Shown here: piece after piece, positions 10,193-22,169 of the stretch
Numbering within the stretch: position 1 is the stretch's first letter
Layout: every line of letters begins with the position of its first letter
Origin: an uncultured Nitrososphaerota archaeon
GTDB lineage: Archaea > Thermoproteota > Nitrososphaeria > Nitrososphaerales > CADDZS01
Direction of reading: 5' to 3'
Assembly (NCBI GenBank): GCA_963799845.1
Contig: CAWCYI010000006.1
Span: 64,001 to 128,000, forward strand
Length of the DNA: 64,000 nucleotides
The notes under the pieces: generated by a model
What the model was told of the DNA's origin: nothing
What the model saw: only the letters and a program-made list of their open reading frames with translations
The model's database searches: none
Program-made: the position numbers and the translations under genes

Positions 10193-11311
10193 ATGGATAA
10201 CTCTCTCGTCACGATAAGAAATCTCAGGCTTTCCTTCGACACTCAAGAGGGATTGGTTAGGGCACTTAACGGTGTTGATCTTGAAATCCGCAGAGAAGAA
10301 ATTCTCGGAATCGTAGGCGAGTCTGGATCTGGGAAGACCGTACTCGGGCTTTCAATGCTTGGTCTCGTACCCACTCCTCCGGGAAAGTATTCCAGTGGCA
10401 GTGAGATAATTTTTCAAGGCGAAAACATTCTGAAGATCGGTGGTAGGAGCCTCGAACTGATCAGAGGAACTGGAATCGCGATGATCTTCCAGGAACCCAT
10501 GAGCTCCCTCAACCCGGTATTCAAAATAGGAGATCAGATTGCGGAGGCAGTGAGAACGAGGATAATTAGGAAGGAACTGGGAAGAAACAAATCACTCTCG
10601 CTCGCTGAGTCGATTCGAGGGGTAAGAGGGGTTGACGAAAAGAGAGTGCAGGAGGAGGTCGTCGAATCATTGAAAAAAGTTAGAATCTCAGACCCGGTCG
10701 AAACAAGTCAAAGGTACCCACATGAGCTGTCTGGAGGTATGAGGCAAAGAGTCATGATTGCGATGGCTCTTGCTGCCAGGCCTTCGTTGTTGATTGCTGA
10801 CGAGCCGACGACAGCGCTCGATGTTTCGATTCAGGCACAGATTCTAGACTTGATTAAGGACCTTGTGAAAGAATTCGGAATGTCGGTGATGTTCATCACC
10901 CACGATCTGAGCGTAGTTGCAGAGATTGCAGACCGGATCGGTGTAATGTATGCCGGTGGCATAGTAGAACAAGCTTCAACTGATTTACTTTTTGAATCTC
11001 CAAAGCACCCCTATACTCAGGGACTTCTCAAGGCTCAGCCTAAGCTTGGCGAGAAAAGAGAGCAGCTCGAATCTTTGAAGGGAAGTGTTCCCAGCCTGAT
11101 TAGTCTCCCTTCGGGCTGTACCTTTCATCCAAGATGTCCTTTCGTTTTCAACCGATGCCTGATCGAAGTTCCCAAGTTGACTTCGCTTTCAGGACAGGAC
11201 GAACGAGAGAGATTGGTCGCTTGCTATCTGTATAGCGGGAAAACTGTTTCGAATCGTCCTGATCTCCCTAGCTCTAGCGGGGATTCTTCAGGTGAGAGGA
11301 AAGAAGATTGA
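10193..11311 (+). CDS. Opp/Dpp ABC ATPase (D subunit)
   Basis: [21 protein letters not shown]-terminal GCTFHPRCP. Confidence 0.9.
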   Translation: MDNSLVTIRNLRLSFDTQEGLVRALNGVDLEIRREEILGIVGESGSGKTVLGLSMLGLVPTPPGKYSSGSEIIFQGENILKIGGRSLELIRGTGIAMIFQEPMSSLNPVFKIGDQIAEAVRTRIIRKELGRNKSLSLAESIRGVRGVDEKRVQEEVVESLKKVRISDPVETSQRYPHELSGGMRQRVMIAMALAARPSLLIADEPTTALDVSIQAQILDLIKDLVKEFGMSVMFITHDLSVVAEIADRIGVMYAGGIVEQASTDLLFESPKHPYTQGLLKAQPKLGEKREQLESLKGSVPSLISLPSGCTFHPRCPFVFNRCLIEVPKLTSLSGQDERERLVACYLYSGKTVSNRPDLPSSSGDSSGERKED

Positions 11312-12374
11312 CAGAATTCACAGACAGTGGTGAAAGTCTGTCGAGTCTTGGCAACAACTTCTCTGAGCTAGTCCAAATTAGTCATCTCATCAAGTACTAT
11401 GATGTCGGGAGCTCGTTTTCATTTCGTGGTTTGTTTAGCGGAAAAAAGGGAAAACAGAGATTCGTCCACGCGGTCGATGATGTCAATCTGAACATTAGCC
11501 GAAGAGAGACTTTGGGACTCGTGGGGGAAAGCGGATCGGGTAAGAGTACGCTCGGGCGGTGCATCCTCCGACTGGTTCAGCCCACGTCGGGAACCGTGTT
11601 ATTCGACGGAGAGGATTTGCTAACTCTAAGGGGTAGTGCAATGCGAAAGATGAGGAGCAGAATGCAGGTAGTGTTCCAAGACCCTTATTCTTCGCTCGAC
11701 CCCTCAATGAGGGTGGGTGACATCATCGCCGAACCGCTATCCGCGAGAGGGGGCACCTCAAGGCAAGAGACGGAGAAGCTGTTCAACAGATTATGGAGGT
11801 AGTTGGACTGAACGAAGAATACTCGAAAAGATTTCCTCACGAATTTTCTGGAGGCCAGAGACAAAGAATCGGAATTGCCAGAGCCATCGTCACCTCGCCC
11901 GAATTCGTAGTGTTCGATGAGCCAACAAGTGCATTGGATGCCTCGATTCAGGCTCAGGTTCTTAATCTTCTGAAACAGCTTAAGAAACAATTCAATCTAA
12001 CAAGTCTGTTCATTACTCACAACATGAAAGTGGTAAGTTTCATGAGTGATAGAATCGCTGTGATGTATGTAGGTAAGATAGTAGAGGTCGGAACGTCCGA
12101 CGAAATAATCCAGGACCCTCTCCATCCCTATACCAAAATGCTGATCTCTTCAATACCGAAGGATTACGGGCCAGGATCGGTCCAGTTAAAGGAGAAAGCG
12201 GGGGAACCTTCAAGATCAGCCGGCGAGATACCCAGTCCCGTCGATCCTCCGTCTGGATGCAGGTTCCACCCCAGGTGTCCTTACGCGATGGAAAAGTGTG
12301 CCAATCAAGAGCCAGGTGATGTGAGAGTTTCATCCACAAGGACAGTTGCATGTTTTCTGTATGGTGAAGGGTGA
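11308..12374 (+). CDS. Opp/Dpp ABC ATPase (F subunit), 1-nt frameshift near 11775
   Basis: GESGSGKST in the first frame; FPHEFSGGQRQR and GCRFHPRCP in the second. Confidence 0.8.
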
Positions 12375-12408
12375 TTTCTCGAAAGGGAAGAAATTCCTCT
12401 AGACATTG

Positions 12409-13851
12409 TCACAGTACAATTGCGATCGATGAAAAGTATTCCAGTTTTTTCACTGTTCGTTTTGTCTTCTTAGTGACACCATAGGCGACAACTTTCTCGT
12501 CTCTTTTCGCAAGCTCTCCAAGGCAGATATAAACCGTCACACTGTCTGTCTCTTGTTTTAGGGCGAACCAGGAATACGGTTTAAGCTGCTCTATTCTGTC
12601 TACTCTTTCCAAGTCAACCAATCTGTTTTCGTTCGTTCGTTCATCCGAGGCTAGTGAGATCTTACTTGGAATTGAATCCATCTCCAAGCTGAAAGTGAAA
12701 TCCTTGCATCCAAACGGGCTCGAGATATCTATGATAAAATGTTCTTTCTTATCTTGGTTTAGAGCAAAACGATTCCGGAAAAATACGCTTGAAGTACAAG
12801 CGATATAATCTGCGATTTCGCTGCACTTCATCCAGAGGATTTTGTCTTGCAATTGAAGATTTATTCTCGAAACGAGCTCGTCTAACCCCTTTAGTCCATA
12901 CCGCGACCCATTCGAGTAAAGTGACTGCCAGTGGGTGACGACTGTGACGTAGCTGCCACTGAGCACCTGGCTGACAATTCTGCCGCTCTTCCCGTCTTTT
13001 GCTAGCATCGGGTCTATCCTCTCTTTAATCCAAGACTCATAATCGAGATCGGTTAGCTGTGACGTCCAGAGGGGATCGTTCATCGAACCGATGAGACTGA
13101 TGACGGCATCGCTGCCCTCTCTGTTGAGGTACATCAGCCTGTGATCGACATTGTTCGATTCTGAGTCTACATTCAGAAAATACCAGACAACCTTAAGGCC
13201 GAGAACTTTTTTCGAAGCCTCGAGTATGGCCTTCACGTATTCTTCTTCAACGTAAATTCCGAAGTTACAAGGCGAGGTGACTCCGGTCGGGTTCAACCCG
13301 GCGTTCTTGAGTATCTCGAGTGCGAAACCAATATACTTTGCAAGTTTCTTGGAATTCTGTTTTTGCGACCAGTCATGCTCACTGATTCCATTCATCAGTT
13401 TCCCGGTCTTGAGATTGAGAGCTCTTGTGTGTGTCAGGAGTTCGGGACCGACGTCGAATTTTGGCGTAATTTTGCTCCTGACAGTCGTTAGAAAGTCATT
13501 GACCATTTCGTTGGAGTATCCCGTCAGGCTCCGATCCACCCGGCCGAGACCGGCTGGGTATGGAACCACGGAAATTTTTCCCTTTACCTCAGCCGAATTG
13601 ACCCAATTGGCAAACTGGTGAACGAATTCCTGATCGACGGTTTCTGATAGCGGATGCTTGAACTCAGATTCCGAATCAAAGTACCACTTTCCATCTCTCA
13701 TAGTATAATGGTAATCAACGGCATCCTTCGGGACCTGACTTGCGAAGTAATAGATGGGATTTATGCAGGGCGATGGGTCGTCTACCAAAAGGACGATCGG
13801 ACATCGTTTCCTAGGTTTTTCGGTTCTGATATTCCGGACATAGGTTTGCAA
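12409..13851 (-). CDS. Hypothetical protein, possibly glycoside hydrolase/deacetylase-barrel fold
   Basis: 480-aa ORF with LLVDD, ELLTHT, GVTSP and THWQSL motifs, located inside a sugar-uptake locus. Confidence 0.55.
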   Translation of the reverse strand: MQTYVRNIRTEKPRKRCPIVLLVDDPSPCINPIYYFASQVPKDAVDYHYTMRDGKWYFDSESEFKHPLSETVDQEFVHQFANWVNSAEVKGKISVVPYPAGLGRVDRSLTGYSNEMVNDFLTTVRSKITPKFDVGPELLTHTRALNLKTGKLMNGISEHDWSQKQNSKKLAKYIGFALEILKNAGLNPTGVTSPCNFGIYVEEEYVKAILEASKKVLGLKVVWYFLNVDSESNNVDHRLMYLNREGSDAVISLIGSMNDPLWTSQLTDLDYESWIKERIDPMLAKDGKSGRIVSQVLSGSYVTVVTHWQSLYSNGSRYGLKGLDELVSRINLQLQDKILWMKCSEIADYIACTSSVFFRNRFALNQDKKEHFIIDISSPFGCKDFTFSLEMDSIPSKISLASDERTNENRLVDLERVDRIEQLKPYSWFALKQETDSVTVYICLGELAKRDEKVVAYGVTKKTKRTVKKLEYFSSIAIVL

Positions 13852-14019
13852 AATCGTGTCTAAACTTGGAGAAGTCTAGTCACATATTTCAGATTTGCAA
13901 AAAGGTAGTACATGGACAGTCAAGAGAGGAAAGAATGCAATGTAGTAGGGAAACGATTCTCAGAGATATTCGCTGTCTTCCTCAATATGGTTTTAACAAC
14001 AACTAAACAAAAGTGGGGC

Positions 14020-15385
14020 ATGGTTAAGATATGTTTCATCGGAGCAGGTAGCGCGGCCTTCTCGATGAACGTCATGAAAGACATCTGCCTAACTGAAGGG
14101 CTTTCAGGGAGCCTTGTCATGTTGATGGATCTGAACGACGATCGGCTCAACGCGGTCTACTCGATGGCGAAAACATATGCCACCGGAATCCACGCAAATC
14201 TCCGATTAGAGAGAAGCACGAATAGAAAAGATGCTTTGAGAGATGCTGATTTTGTAATAGACACTGTCCTCGCCGGCGGACACGAGCAGCAGGAAATAGT
14301 TAGGCGCGTTGGGGAAAAGCACGGGTATTACAGAGGAGTTGAATCTGCGGAATTCAACATGATATCGGACTATTCAACGACTTTCCAAGGCTATTATCAA
14401 TTGAAATTCTTTTTGGACCTTGCCCGAGATATGGAGGAAGTTTGTCCGGACGCCTTGCTGATCGATGTTGCAAATCCCGAGTGCGAAGCAGGAACGCTCC
14501 TGACTAGGGAGACCAAGATCAAGGTTGCTGGTTACTGTCACGGCTACCTTGGCTATGCTGATATCGCTACTGAATTGGGCATTGATCCGGAAGATGTAGA
14601 TTTTGACATGGCTGGATTTAACCACAACATCTGGCTCACGAGGTTTCGCAACAATGAGCAGGATGGTTATCCATTGATAGACGACTGGATTGAAAATAAG
14701 TCTCAAGATTACTGGAGTAACCACAAGCAGAGAAATGAATTCGATATTGACATGAGCAGAGCTGCGGTGGACATGTATCAGCTCTACGGACTCTACCCCG
14801 TGGGCGATACAATCAGAAGTGGTAGTTGGAAATATCACTACAATCTGAAAACAAAGCAGTACCTGGTACGGTGAATTTGGTGGGCCAGACAGCGAGATAG
14901 GCTGGCTGATGTATCTAAAAAAGGTCGAAGAAAGGACTCAAAAGATCTTCAAACTCGGTCGGGATCAAGGCCCACTTCTCTTCGCTGAGTTCCCACCCGT
15001 CAAGAGTCGAGAAAAAATAGTACCTCTTATCGACTCAATCGTTAACGACAGAAATGATCGATTTGTCCTAGACGTGAGGAATGACGGGGCGATACGGAAT
15101 TTACCTGACGACGTGGCGGTTGAGATTCCCGCGCGCGCGGACAGCAGGGGTATCCATCAAGATAAATTTGGAAGTTTGACAGATGCAGTTGTAAAAATGG
15201 TTCTTGTACCAAGGCTTGCAAGACTCGAAATAGCCCTAGAAGCTTTCCTTTCTGGTGACAGATCGTTGCTACTTGAATTATTGTATAGAGATCCGAGGAC
15301 ACGGTCAGACGAGCAGGCCAGAGAAGTACTCGATGAAATACTTGCTCTGCCTTTTAACGAAGGCATGAGAAATCACTACAAATGA
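14020..15385 (+). CDS. GH4 NAD-dependent alpha-glucosidase/galactosidase, 1-nt frameshift near 14862
   Basis: KICFIGAGS, ANP, GYCHG, AGFNHNIW; removing one C restores QYWYGEFGGPDSEIGW and joins ORF 14909. Confidence 0.85.
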
Positions 15386-15548
15386 ATCTGCACATGCATT
15401 CCGATCTTAGTTTATTCTGCGTTATGGGGTCACAGTGTAAAGCTTTCGGAAAAACCTATACTTATCGCATTTCAGGAATCAAGTCAATCGCTTCGGAAAT
15501 TGACACACAATTAAAATAGTGGCAACTCGGCCTGTCTGTTTGTTTGCT

Positions 15549-17430
15549 TTGAAACAAATTTCGAAAAGCAGAGTTGCCGTCTCGACTACTATCGTTGCAG
15601 TAATCGTAGTTATAATAATAATAGTAGCTGCTGCCGGAGCGTACCTTGCTCTGGCAAAACCCTCTTCCTCTTCTACTTCCACTTCCACATCTTCTTCCTC
15701 GTCTTCGGTGTCCTCTTCATCTTCTACGTCTTCGCCGTCAAGCTCTTCATCTAGTACTTCATCAAGTGCTAGTGTTTCCTCCACTAGTCAGCTCTTCCAG
15801 CTCGACCTCTCCTCCGACTAGTACCAGCTCGAGTACGTCGACCTCGACGTCCACCACACCCACCTCCACTTCTCCTGTCTATGGTGGAACTCTCCTCGCA
15901 GACGAGTATTTCGAGCCCGCCAATATCGACCCCGCGACCACCAATACGGTGTCAGGACTAGCAATCGACGCCAATGTCATGGACACTCTTCTCACCTACA
16001 ACTTGACTACAAACCAGATAATTCCCGATCTCGCTACGAACTGGACCGCTTCTTCCGATGGTCTGATGTACACTTTCTCGTTGCGACAGGGTGTTTACTA
16101 CGTCGATCCGACCACTAACGCGACACTGAACGAATTCAACGCAACCGACGTCCAGTATTCTTGGCAGCGGGTTACTTACATGATGAACGGCTACGTGTTT
16201 GATGGTGCTGGTTTGAACATGTCCACCTTCAAGATAATTAACCCGTACGAATTTTCAGTTAATCTGACTGCTCCGTACTCAGCATTTCCGTCATGTGTTG
16301 CCGATTTCTATAACGGTATCATTGATCCGAACGTTGATCTCGCCCACGGAGGATATAATGGGACCGCCGCAACGATCAACTCGTTCATGGCGAACAATCT
16401 AGTCGGCACCGGGCCCTACATGCTGACCCAATGGGTAAAGGGAGATCACATGACCCTCGTCAGGAACCCGTACTACTGGGGACCAAAGCCATACTTGAAT
16501 GAGATAATCATCAACTACAAGGAGGATGTCAGCACTCGCTTTTTGGACATAAAGAGCCAATCAGTTCAGGTCGCCAACATTGATCCCGATCTCCTCTCGC
16601 AACTCCAGGGGACTCCTGGCATCGTCGTGAAGACCATCGGTCTCTCGCTGAACGTCGGCCCGATTGGATTGGACACCCAGTTATTCCCGACGAATATCAC
16701 GGATGTGCGGCTTGCTATCGCGCACGCGATCAACTACAGCTTCATAGACAATAGCATATTCGACGGGTACGCCGCCTCTTTCGCCGGGCCGATTCCTATG
16801 GGGATGTTCGGTTACAACAGCAGCATTCCGCCATACCAGACAAATATAACGCTCGCGAATCAGGAAATGACCGCTGCCGGCTTTCACAAAGATTCCAGCG
16901 GGAATCTTGCATTCTCGAACGGAACGGAGCTGCCTTCCTACAACTTCGTCTATCCTGAGGATTGGCCCTCCGCTGGGCTTTTAGCTACGGCGATTCAGAG
17001 CGATCTCGCAACTATCGGACTTCAGATAAACCTCATAGGGGCTTCTGATGCGGCATACGGAACATACGTGGGCAATGGAGTATCCGGTTTCAATTCGACC
17101 TCACATCCGACGATGCTAGCCTACTACTGGACTCCGGACTTCAACGACCCTGTAGACTACACTGCTGCGCCTTTTCCCTATACATTCACGGATGGTTATG
17201 TCAACGCGACGATAACTGCACTTTACAATGAGGCTGCCAGCTCAAACAACCAGACTCTTAGGGCACATCTTTACAGCGAGATAACCGTAGACACGATGCA
17301 AGCTGCGATTGAAATTTGGACGTTCCAATCGGTAGGATATGCGGTCTATACGTCAAGTGTGCACGGACTGCTGTACAGTTCGTTGCTCGACGGGTACGGA
17401 TTTATCTGGAACACCGTCTGGCTGAGTTAG
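15549..17430 (+). CDS. ABC substrate-binding protein (family 5) with class III-like signal peptide and Ser/Thr linker, frameshift in the linker near 15790
   Basis: KSRVAVSTTIVAVIVVIII leader, poly-S/T tract, PDLATNW, GTGPYML, RNPYYWG. Confidence 0.8.
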
Positions 17431-17827
17431 ATTTTCCGTAAGCTGATTGAACTTTCTGACGAGTTTGCGTTATCGTAAGATCAGCGCGCTAACTCATACT
17501 GGATCAAAGGAAGGCCTTTGCGTCCACGTACTTTAGCCGCAATCAGAAAAACTATCGGAGAAGGCAAGATGTTGGTCGGTAGACTCTCTGCTTTAATCTA
17601 AGATCCATTTCACAAATAACGAAATTACTTTGATCGAGATTTCTGGACGCGAGTAATTATTCGCGCACTTTGAAAAGTGAAAATCTGACTCTCTAGCTTC
17701 TTATCAGTCCTTGAACTCACTTATCGGAGTACCTCGCAATAGGAGATCGATTGAGTCAGTCTTATTAGTTGAGCAAAATCGGATTTAGGATTCACGCTGA
17801 AGAGACGATCTTCAGTCTTACTGACCT

Positions 17828-17923
17828 GCCGCCGTAGCTCAGCCTGGTAGAAGCGTGATCTTGAACGCCAATAGCAGCGGACTGTTAATCCGTTGGTCGA
17901 AGGTCCAAGTCCTTCCGGCGGCG
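17828..17923 (+). tRNA. tRNA-Asn(GTT) with 22-nt intron (17851-17872) at position 22/23
   Basis: Acceptor GCCGCCG/CGGCGGC, anticodon loop CTGTTAA. Removing AAGCGTGATCTTGAACGCCAAT restores D-stem GCTC/GAGC, with central helix UGGU/GCCA. No encoded CCA. Confidence 0.9.
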
Positions 17924-18025
17924 CATTTTTTCTTTAGGGAGTGATTCTCCGACTTTCTTCAAATAGAAGTTTTCATTGATTCATAAAGAAAAACTGCGTT
18001 TCACACACGTGAGCACTTTTTGGCC

Positions 18026-18294
18026 GAAGAGCTACGTTCAAGCTCTGTAAACTCAGAAGAGCTCGTTTCAAGCTGAACGGAGCTTAGAGAGCTCAGAACG
18101 AATTGAATGGACGCGTTCTCAACAATCGTCGAGTTGCTCATTTCGTACCGGATTTTCGAGTTTTCGAGGATGTTCGGGAAATTTCAACTGGATATACCAG
18201 ATCTTTGCTCGAGAGCTTTAACCCGCAGATCTGAATTTTCTCTTTGTGTTTCGCACGCGCGCGCGTGTTTTGACGGAAGAGCTCGTTTCAAGCT
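18026..18294. repeat. Three copies of a 19-bp direct repeat GAAGAGCTCGTTTCAAGCT (18026 degenerate, 18056, 18276) plus a 14-bp palindrome CACGCGCGCGCGTG (18254-18267)
   Basis: Read directly from the sequence. Confidence 0.7.
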
Positions 18295-18445
18295 ATTATA
18301 CAGAGAGGGGCCCCCTAGAGGAGTTCTGCAACCGTATGTAAACAAACCGGATCATCTAATTTGGTTGCGAGAAGTTGATCGTTAGGAATCCCCGATCTTG
18401 CCGAGATTAGTTTTTTAGCCGAGGACCTTTCCCGTTTCCGATCAA

Positions 18446-19583
18446 ATGAGCCGCGAGGAAAAATCTTCACGCGTGAATTTCAAGTACTTTGAGAGCAAGG
18501 CGAGCGAGATCGACCTCTCAGAGGAGGTCGAGGCCGAGAGGAAGGAGGTCCTCTCGACCCCCGTGAATCAACTGGACCTGAGCAGAGCGACGAGCATCCG
18601 TGCGCTTGTGGATGCGTGGTCGAGGACGAGCATCCAGAGCCGTTCGGTTTCGGAGTGCGCGCACGTTTACGAAAACATGATCTCGGACGAGGATCGGCCG
18701 ACGATTTTTCTCGGGCTCTCCGGCGCGCTGATCGCCGGCGGCCTGCGCAAAGTTATCAGAGATCTGGTCGAGGCGGGATTCGTGGACGTAATCGTCTCGA
18801 CCGGCGCGATAGTTTACCAGGACGTGTATCAGGCGCAGGGGTACAAGCACTACATGGGTACGCCGAAAGCCGACGACGCGGTTTTGCACGATCTCTACAT
18901 CGATAGAATCTACGATGCTTACGTTGACGAGGTGGGATTTGTTAAGACGGACGACGTGATCGCCCAGATCGCGGCCTCCCTGCCGCCGAGAAAATACTCC
19001 ACGAGGGAGTTCATGCGTGAGATCGGCACGCTCGCAGACTTCCGACCCCGATTCAATTGTCGGAACTGCTGCAAAAAGGGGAGTGCCGATTTTCGTCCCG
19101 GCGATTGCAGATTCTTCTATCGGGATCGGACTTGCGGGACTCTACCGCGCGGCGAAAAAGGCAGACGAGAAACTGATGCAACTCGACACGATCCAGGACA
19201 ATTATGAAATCGCTCAGATCGTGCTGAAATCCAAGAAGACCGGCACCATTTACATCGGTGGGGGAGTTCCCAAAAACTACATCAACGATGCTGCCGTGAT
19301 GCTGGACTATACTCCGGGCCACACTTACGTTTTCCAGATAACCACGGATGCACCCCACTGGGGCGGCCTGACCGGAAGCACTCTCGACGAGGCGAAATCG
19401 TGGGGGAAGGTTTCTAAAAAAGCGACGCGTGCGACTGCTTACGTCGAAGCTACAATCGGATTACCGCTGGTTGCGGGATACGTTCTCGAGTCGAGTGAAT
19501 TAACGAAAAATCGCAGGCGTCTCGAATTTGTCTGGGACGCAGACGAGCTGAAGCAAATCAAACAAATCGAAATGAAAAGCTGA
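18446..19583 (+). CDS. dys: Deoxyhypusine synthase family protein, 1-nt frameshift near 19030
   Basis: FLGLSGALIAGGLR, VSTGA, PAIADSSIG, GGGVPKNY, WGGLTGSTLDEAKSWGK. Confidence 0.85.
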
Positions 19584-19683
19584 TCCTGGCAAATTCTGGA
19601 AAGTTGCTCTAACCCTTTCAACCGAACGTCGCTTGAAAAGCTAAAACAAATAAAGCCCGGTTGGGAAGGGGCGGTGCTGGTAA

Positions 19684-20352
19684 ATGTCTGAAGCTACGCT
19701 GGCACAGAAGGCTTCGATTGAAGCGGTCGGAACTTTCATCCTCACATTCATCGGGGCGGGTTCAATTATCGCAACACAAGGAAATACTCTGATAGTCATC
19801 GCGTTCGCGCACGGTATTGCGCTTGCGATTGCGGTATCTGCGGCGATGAACATCTCCGGCGGCCACATCAACCCCGCTGTGACTCTGGGAATGCTTGCGA
19901 CCAAAAGAATTTCCGTAAGGCACGCGATCGTCTACATCGTCTTCCAGCTTATCGGTGCGACTATTGGCGGATACCTGTTGTTCAGCGTTTACCCAAACTC
20001 ACTCGGAAATAACGTTCACTGGGGAGCTCCTGGTTTGAGCCAGGTGAACGTCGGACAGGGCATTTTGTTCGAAGCGATAATGACATTCATTCTAGTCTTT
20101 GCGGTGTTCGGCACTGCTGTTGACTCCAGAGCTCCCAAGATCGGTGGCTTCGGAATAGGACTCGCGATCGCGATCGACATCATGGCGGGCGGTCCGTTTA
20201 CGGGGGCGGCTATGAACCCCGCGAGAGCGATGGGCCCGATGATAGCTTCTCTCTACTTCACCAACTGGTACGTCTACTGGATAGGTCCGGTTGCCGGCGC
20301 CATCATCGCAGCGCTTCTCTACCATCACGTGATATTGAAGAACCAGAATTAG
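19684..20352 (+). CDS. MIP family aquaporin
   Basis: Two NPA motifs (SGGHINPAVT, AMNPARA). Confidence 0.95.
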   Translation: MSEATLAQKASIEAVGTFILTFIGAGSIIATQGNTLIVIAFAHGIALAIAVSAAMNISGGHINPAVTLGMLATKRISVRHAIVYIVFQLIGATIGGYLLFSVYPNSLGNNVHWGAPGLSQVNVGQGILFEAIMTFILVFAVFGTAVDSRAPKIGGFGIGLAIAIDIMAGGPFTGAAMNPARAMGPMIASLYFTNWYVYWIGPVAGAIIAALLYHHVILKNQN

Positions 20353-21059
20353 TGGCTGTGAGCGTCAGATCCTATCAGAGGGACGAACATGCAATCCACG
20401 AGCTTTCTTTGATCGAATTCGTCCTTCGAACTCTTTCTCAGAATCATCAGTTTCTGGTAAGAGCTACCGCCGACGGGGACCTCCAGAATGCCTCCGGGCC
20501 TCAGCTGTTTTTTCAAGAATACTGGAATATGCGGAGCTCCGGCGGTAACCATTATCCGGTCGTACAGTTCGTCGCTTGATTCCTGTGGATAACCGAGCGA
20601 GCCGTCGCCTTCAACCACCTTGCAGAATTCCGAAAGTTTGGCTCGCTCGATATTTTGTCTCGCAAAAGCTACGAGAGATGGATCTCGCTCAACCGATACG
20701 ACAAGGGGCTCGACACTCTTCGGGACGCCGCGCGAGACAATGTGTGAAATCAGTGCGGCGTTGTATCCGCTGCCGCATCCTATCTCGAGAACCTTCAGCC
20801 CGGTGGAAAGATCAAACTCTTCGAGCATCATCACTATCATGTGCGGCGCCGATATGGTCTGACCGGTCTCGTCGAGCAAAATCGGTTCATCTTGATAGGC
20901 GATTGAAGCGGGAGTTCCGGGCCAGATGAATTCCTCTCTGGGAACGGCGAGGAGCGCTTCTTCGACAGATTTTGATTTCAGAATCCCTTCGTCTCTCAGC
21001 GACTCGATCAGCATCAGCTTGGATTCTTTCAGAAATTCACCAAGATTGTCTGAAGACAT
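20349..21059 (-). CDS. pcm: Protein-L-isoaspartate O-methyltransferase
   Basis: VPREEF, QTISAPHM, VLEIGCGSGY, YDRIMVTAGA, FVPL. Confidence 0.93.
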   Translation of the reverse strand: MSSDNLGEFLKESKLMLIESLRDEGILKSKSVEEALLAVPREEFIWPGTPASIAYQDEPILLDETGQTISAPHMIVMMLEEFDLSTGLKVLEIGCGSGYNAALISHIVSRGVPKSVEPLVVSVERDPSLVAFARQNIERAKLSEFCKVVEGDGSLGYPQESSDELYDRIMVTAGAPHIPVFLKKQLRPGGILEVPVGGSSYQKLMILRKSSKDEFDQRKLVDCMFVPLIGSDAHSH

Positions 21060-21089
21060 GTAAGAAGAACTTGATTTTGGTGCGGAATA

Positions 21090-22118
21090 TTACTTGAACC
21101 ACTGCTCGAGAGACTGGCTCTCGACCCTCTTTCTTGTGTCGAGCCTCAGGAGGGCCGCGTCGATCCTCTCCTTAGAAAAATCGTGCTCAGAGACGAGAAA
21201 GCTTCGCAACCCCTCGTAATCTGCTGGTTTTTGTTCGAGATCAAGGTCATCGCGAGTCGAGACCTGAGGGCGCAGGAAGATCTCGCGGATCTCGTTCGGG
21301 TCGAAGTTAACCTTTCCCTTCAATTCGGGCATGTTTTCGATCCTTGAATATTTCTTGATGAGTTTTAGAGCAGTAGCCGGGCCGATGCCCTCGAACCCGT
21401 CGGGATTAAAGTCCGTCCCGAGAAGTATCCCGATATCTATCAACTGCTCCCGGGTAATTCTGTTCTTAGACAAGACTTCTGAGAGGGAAACCGTTTCAGG
21501 AATGACGTCAACCCGCGTATTGCGGTTCGGCAGTTTTCGCTTGCCGGATATCGTTAAGTTTCGGACAAGTCTGGTAGCGCCAAAAAGCAGACTGTCATAG
21601 TCCTGGCTGCCCGCGAAATCCGCCTTTCCTACGACTGTGAGGTATGCGGCGGTCGCCTCTCCCTCGGAAACGGCCTGAATCCACGGAATTCCCATGAGGT
21701 CGAGGAGCCTCTTTGATTCTTCCACCATCTGGTTGTCGAGATACGCCGTGGCGGATGCGTACTTTTTTGCTGCTTCGAAGTCCTTTCGCTCGAGCGCTTC
21801 CTTGTACATCTCGCCTGCGACTTCTTTCACCTCGCGCCGCCGCTGGATTTCAAGGCTCTTCAACTTGGGCGGTATGCCGTCAAAAACGTAGATCAGTTTC
21901 AAGCCGGTCTCGAGGAGATTCATGTTCCTGTAAAATAGTCCGCTGAGATGGCTGGTGACGCGGCCCTTGCTGTCCCTGAGAAGCTCGCCTGTCATCCCCC
22001 GAATTATGGACAAAAACTGGTATAACGTGTTGAAAGCGTCGATCGCGACGGTCTTTCCGCCGAGGTCTTCGAGTTCGATCTTCTTGGGATCGGCGATGTT
22101 GCGAAGGTTTACTCCCAT
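21090..22118 (-). CDS. fen: Flap endonuclease 1
   Basis: MGV start, AIDAFNTLYQFL, TSHLSG, EGEA, SQDYDSLLFG, C-terminal PIP box QSLEQWF. Confidence 0.97.
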   Translation of the reverse strand: MGVNLRNIADPKKIELEDLGGKTVAIDAFNTLYQFLSIIRGMTGELLRDSKGRVTSHLSGLFYRNMNLLETGLKLIYVFDGIPPKLKSLEIQRRREVKEVAGEMYKEALERKDFEAAKKYASATAYLDNQMVEESKRLLDLMGIPWIQAVSEGEATAAYLTVVGKADFAGSQDYDSLLFGATRLVRNLTISGKRKLPNRNTRVDVIPETVSLSEVLSKNRITREQLIDIGILLGTDFNPDGFEGIGPATALKLIKKYSRIENMPELKGKVNFDPNEIREIFLRPQVSTRDDLDLEQKPADYEGLRSFLVSEHDFSKERIDAALLRLDTRKRVESQSLEQWFK

Positions 22119-22169
22119 GATGTGACTGTTGAGACATACAGCGGCGCGTATAATTCAGCGTTTTGCAAT

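Noticed and set aside
15660-15875. Low-complexity TCT/TCC tract as a repeat element
   Set aside because: It encodes the Ser/Thr linker of the substrate-binding protein
18026-18294. CRISPR array
   Set aside because: Only three 19-bp repeats with irregular spacing (30 and 220 bp) and no cas genes; no CRISPR array seen in the window
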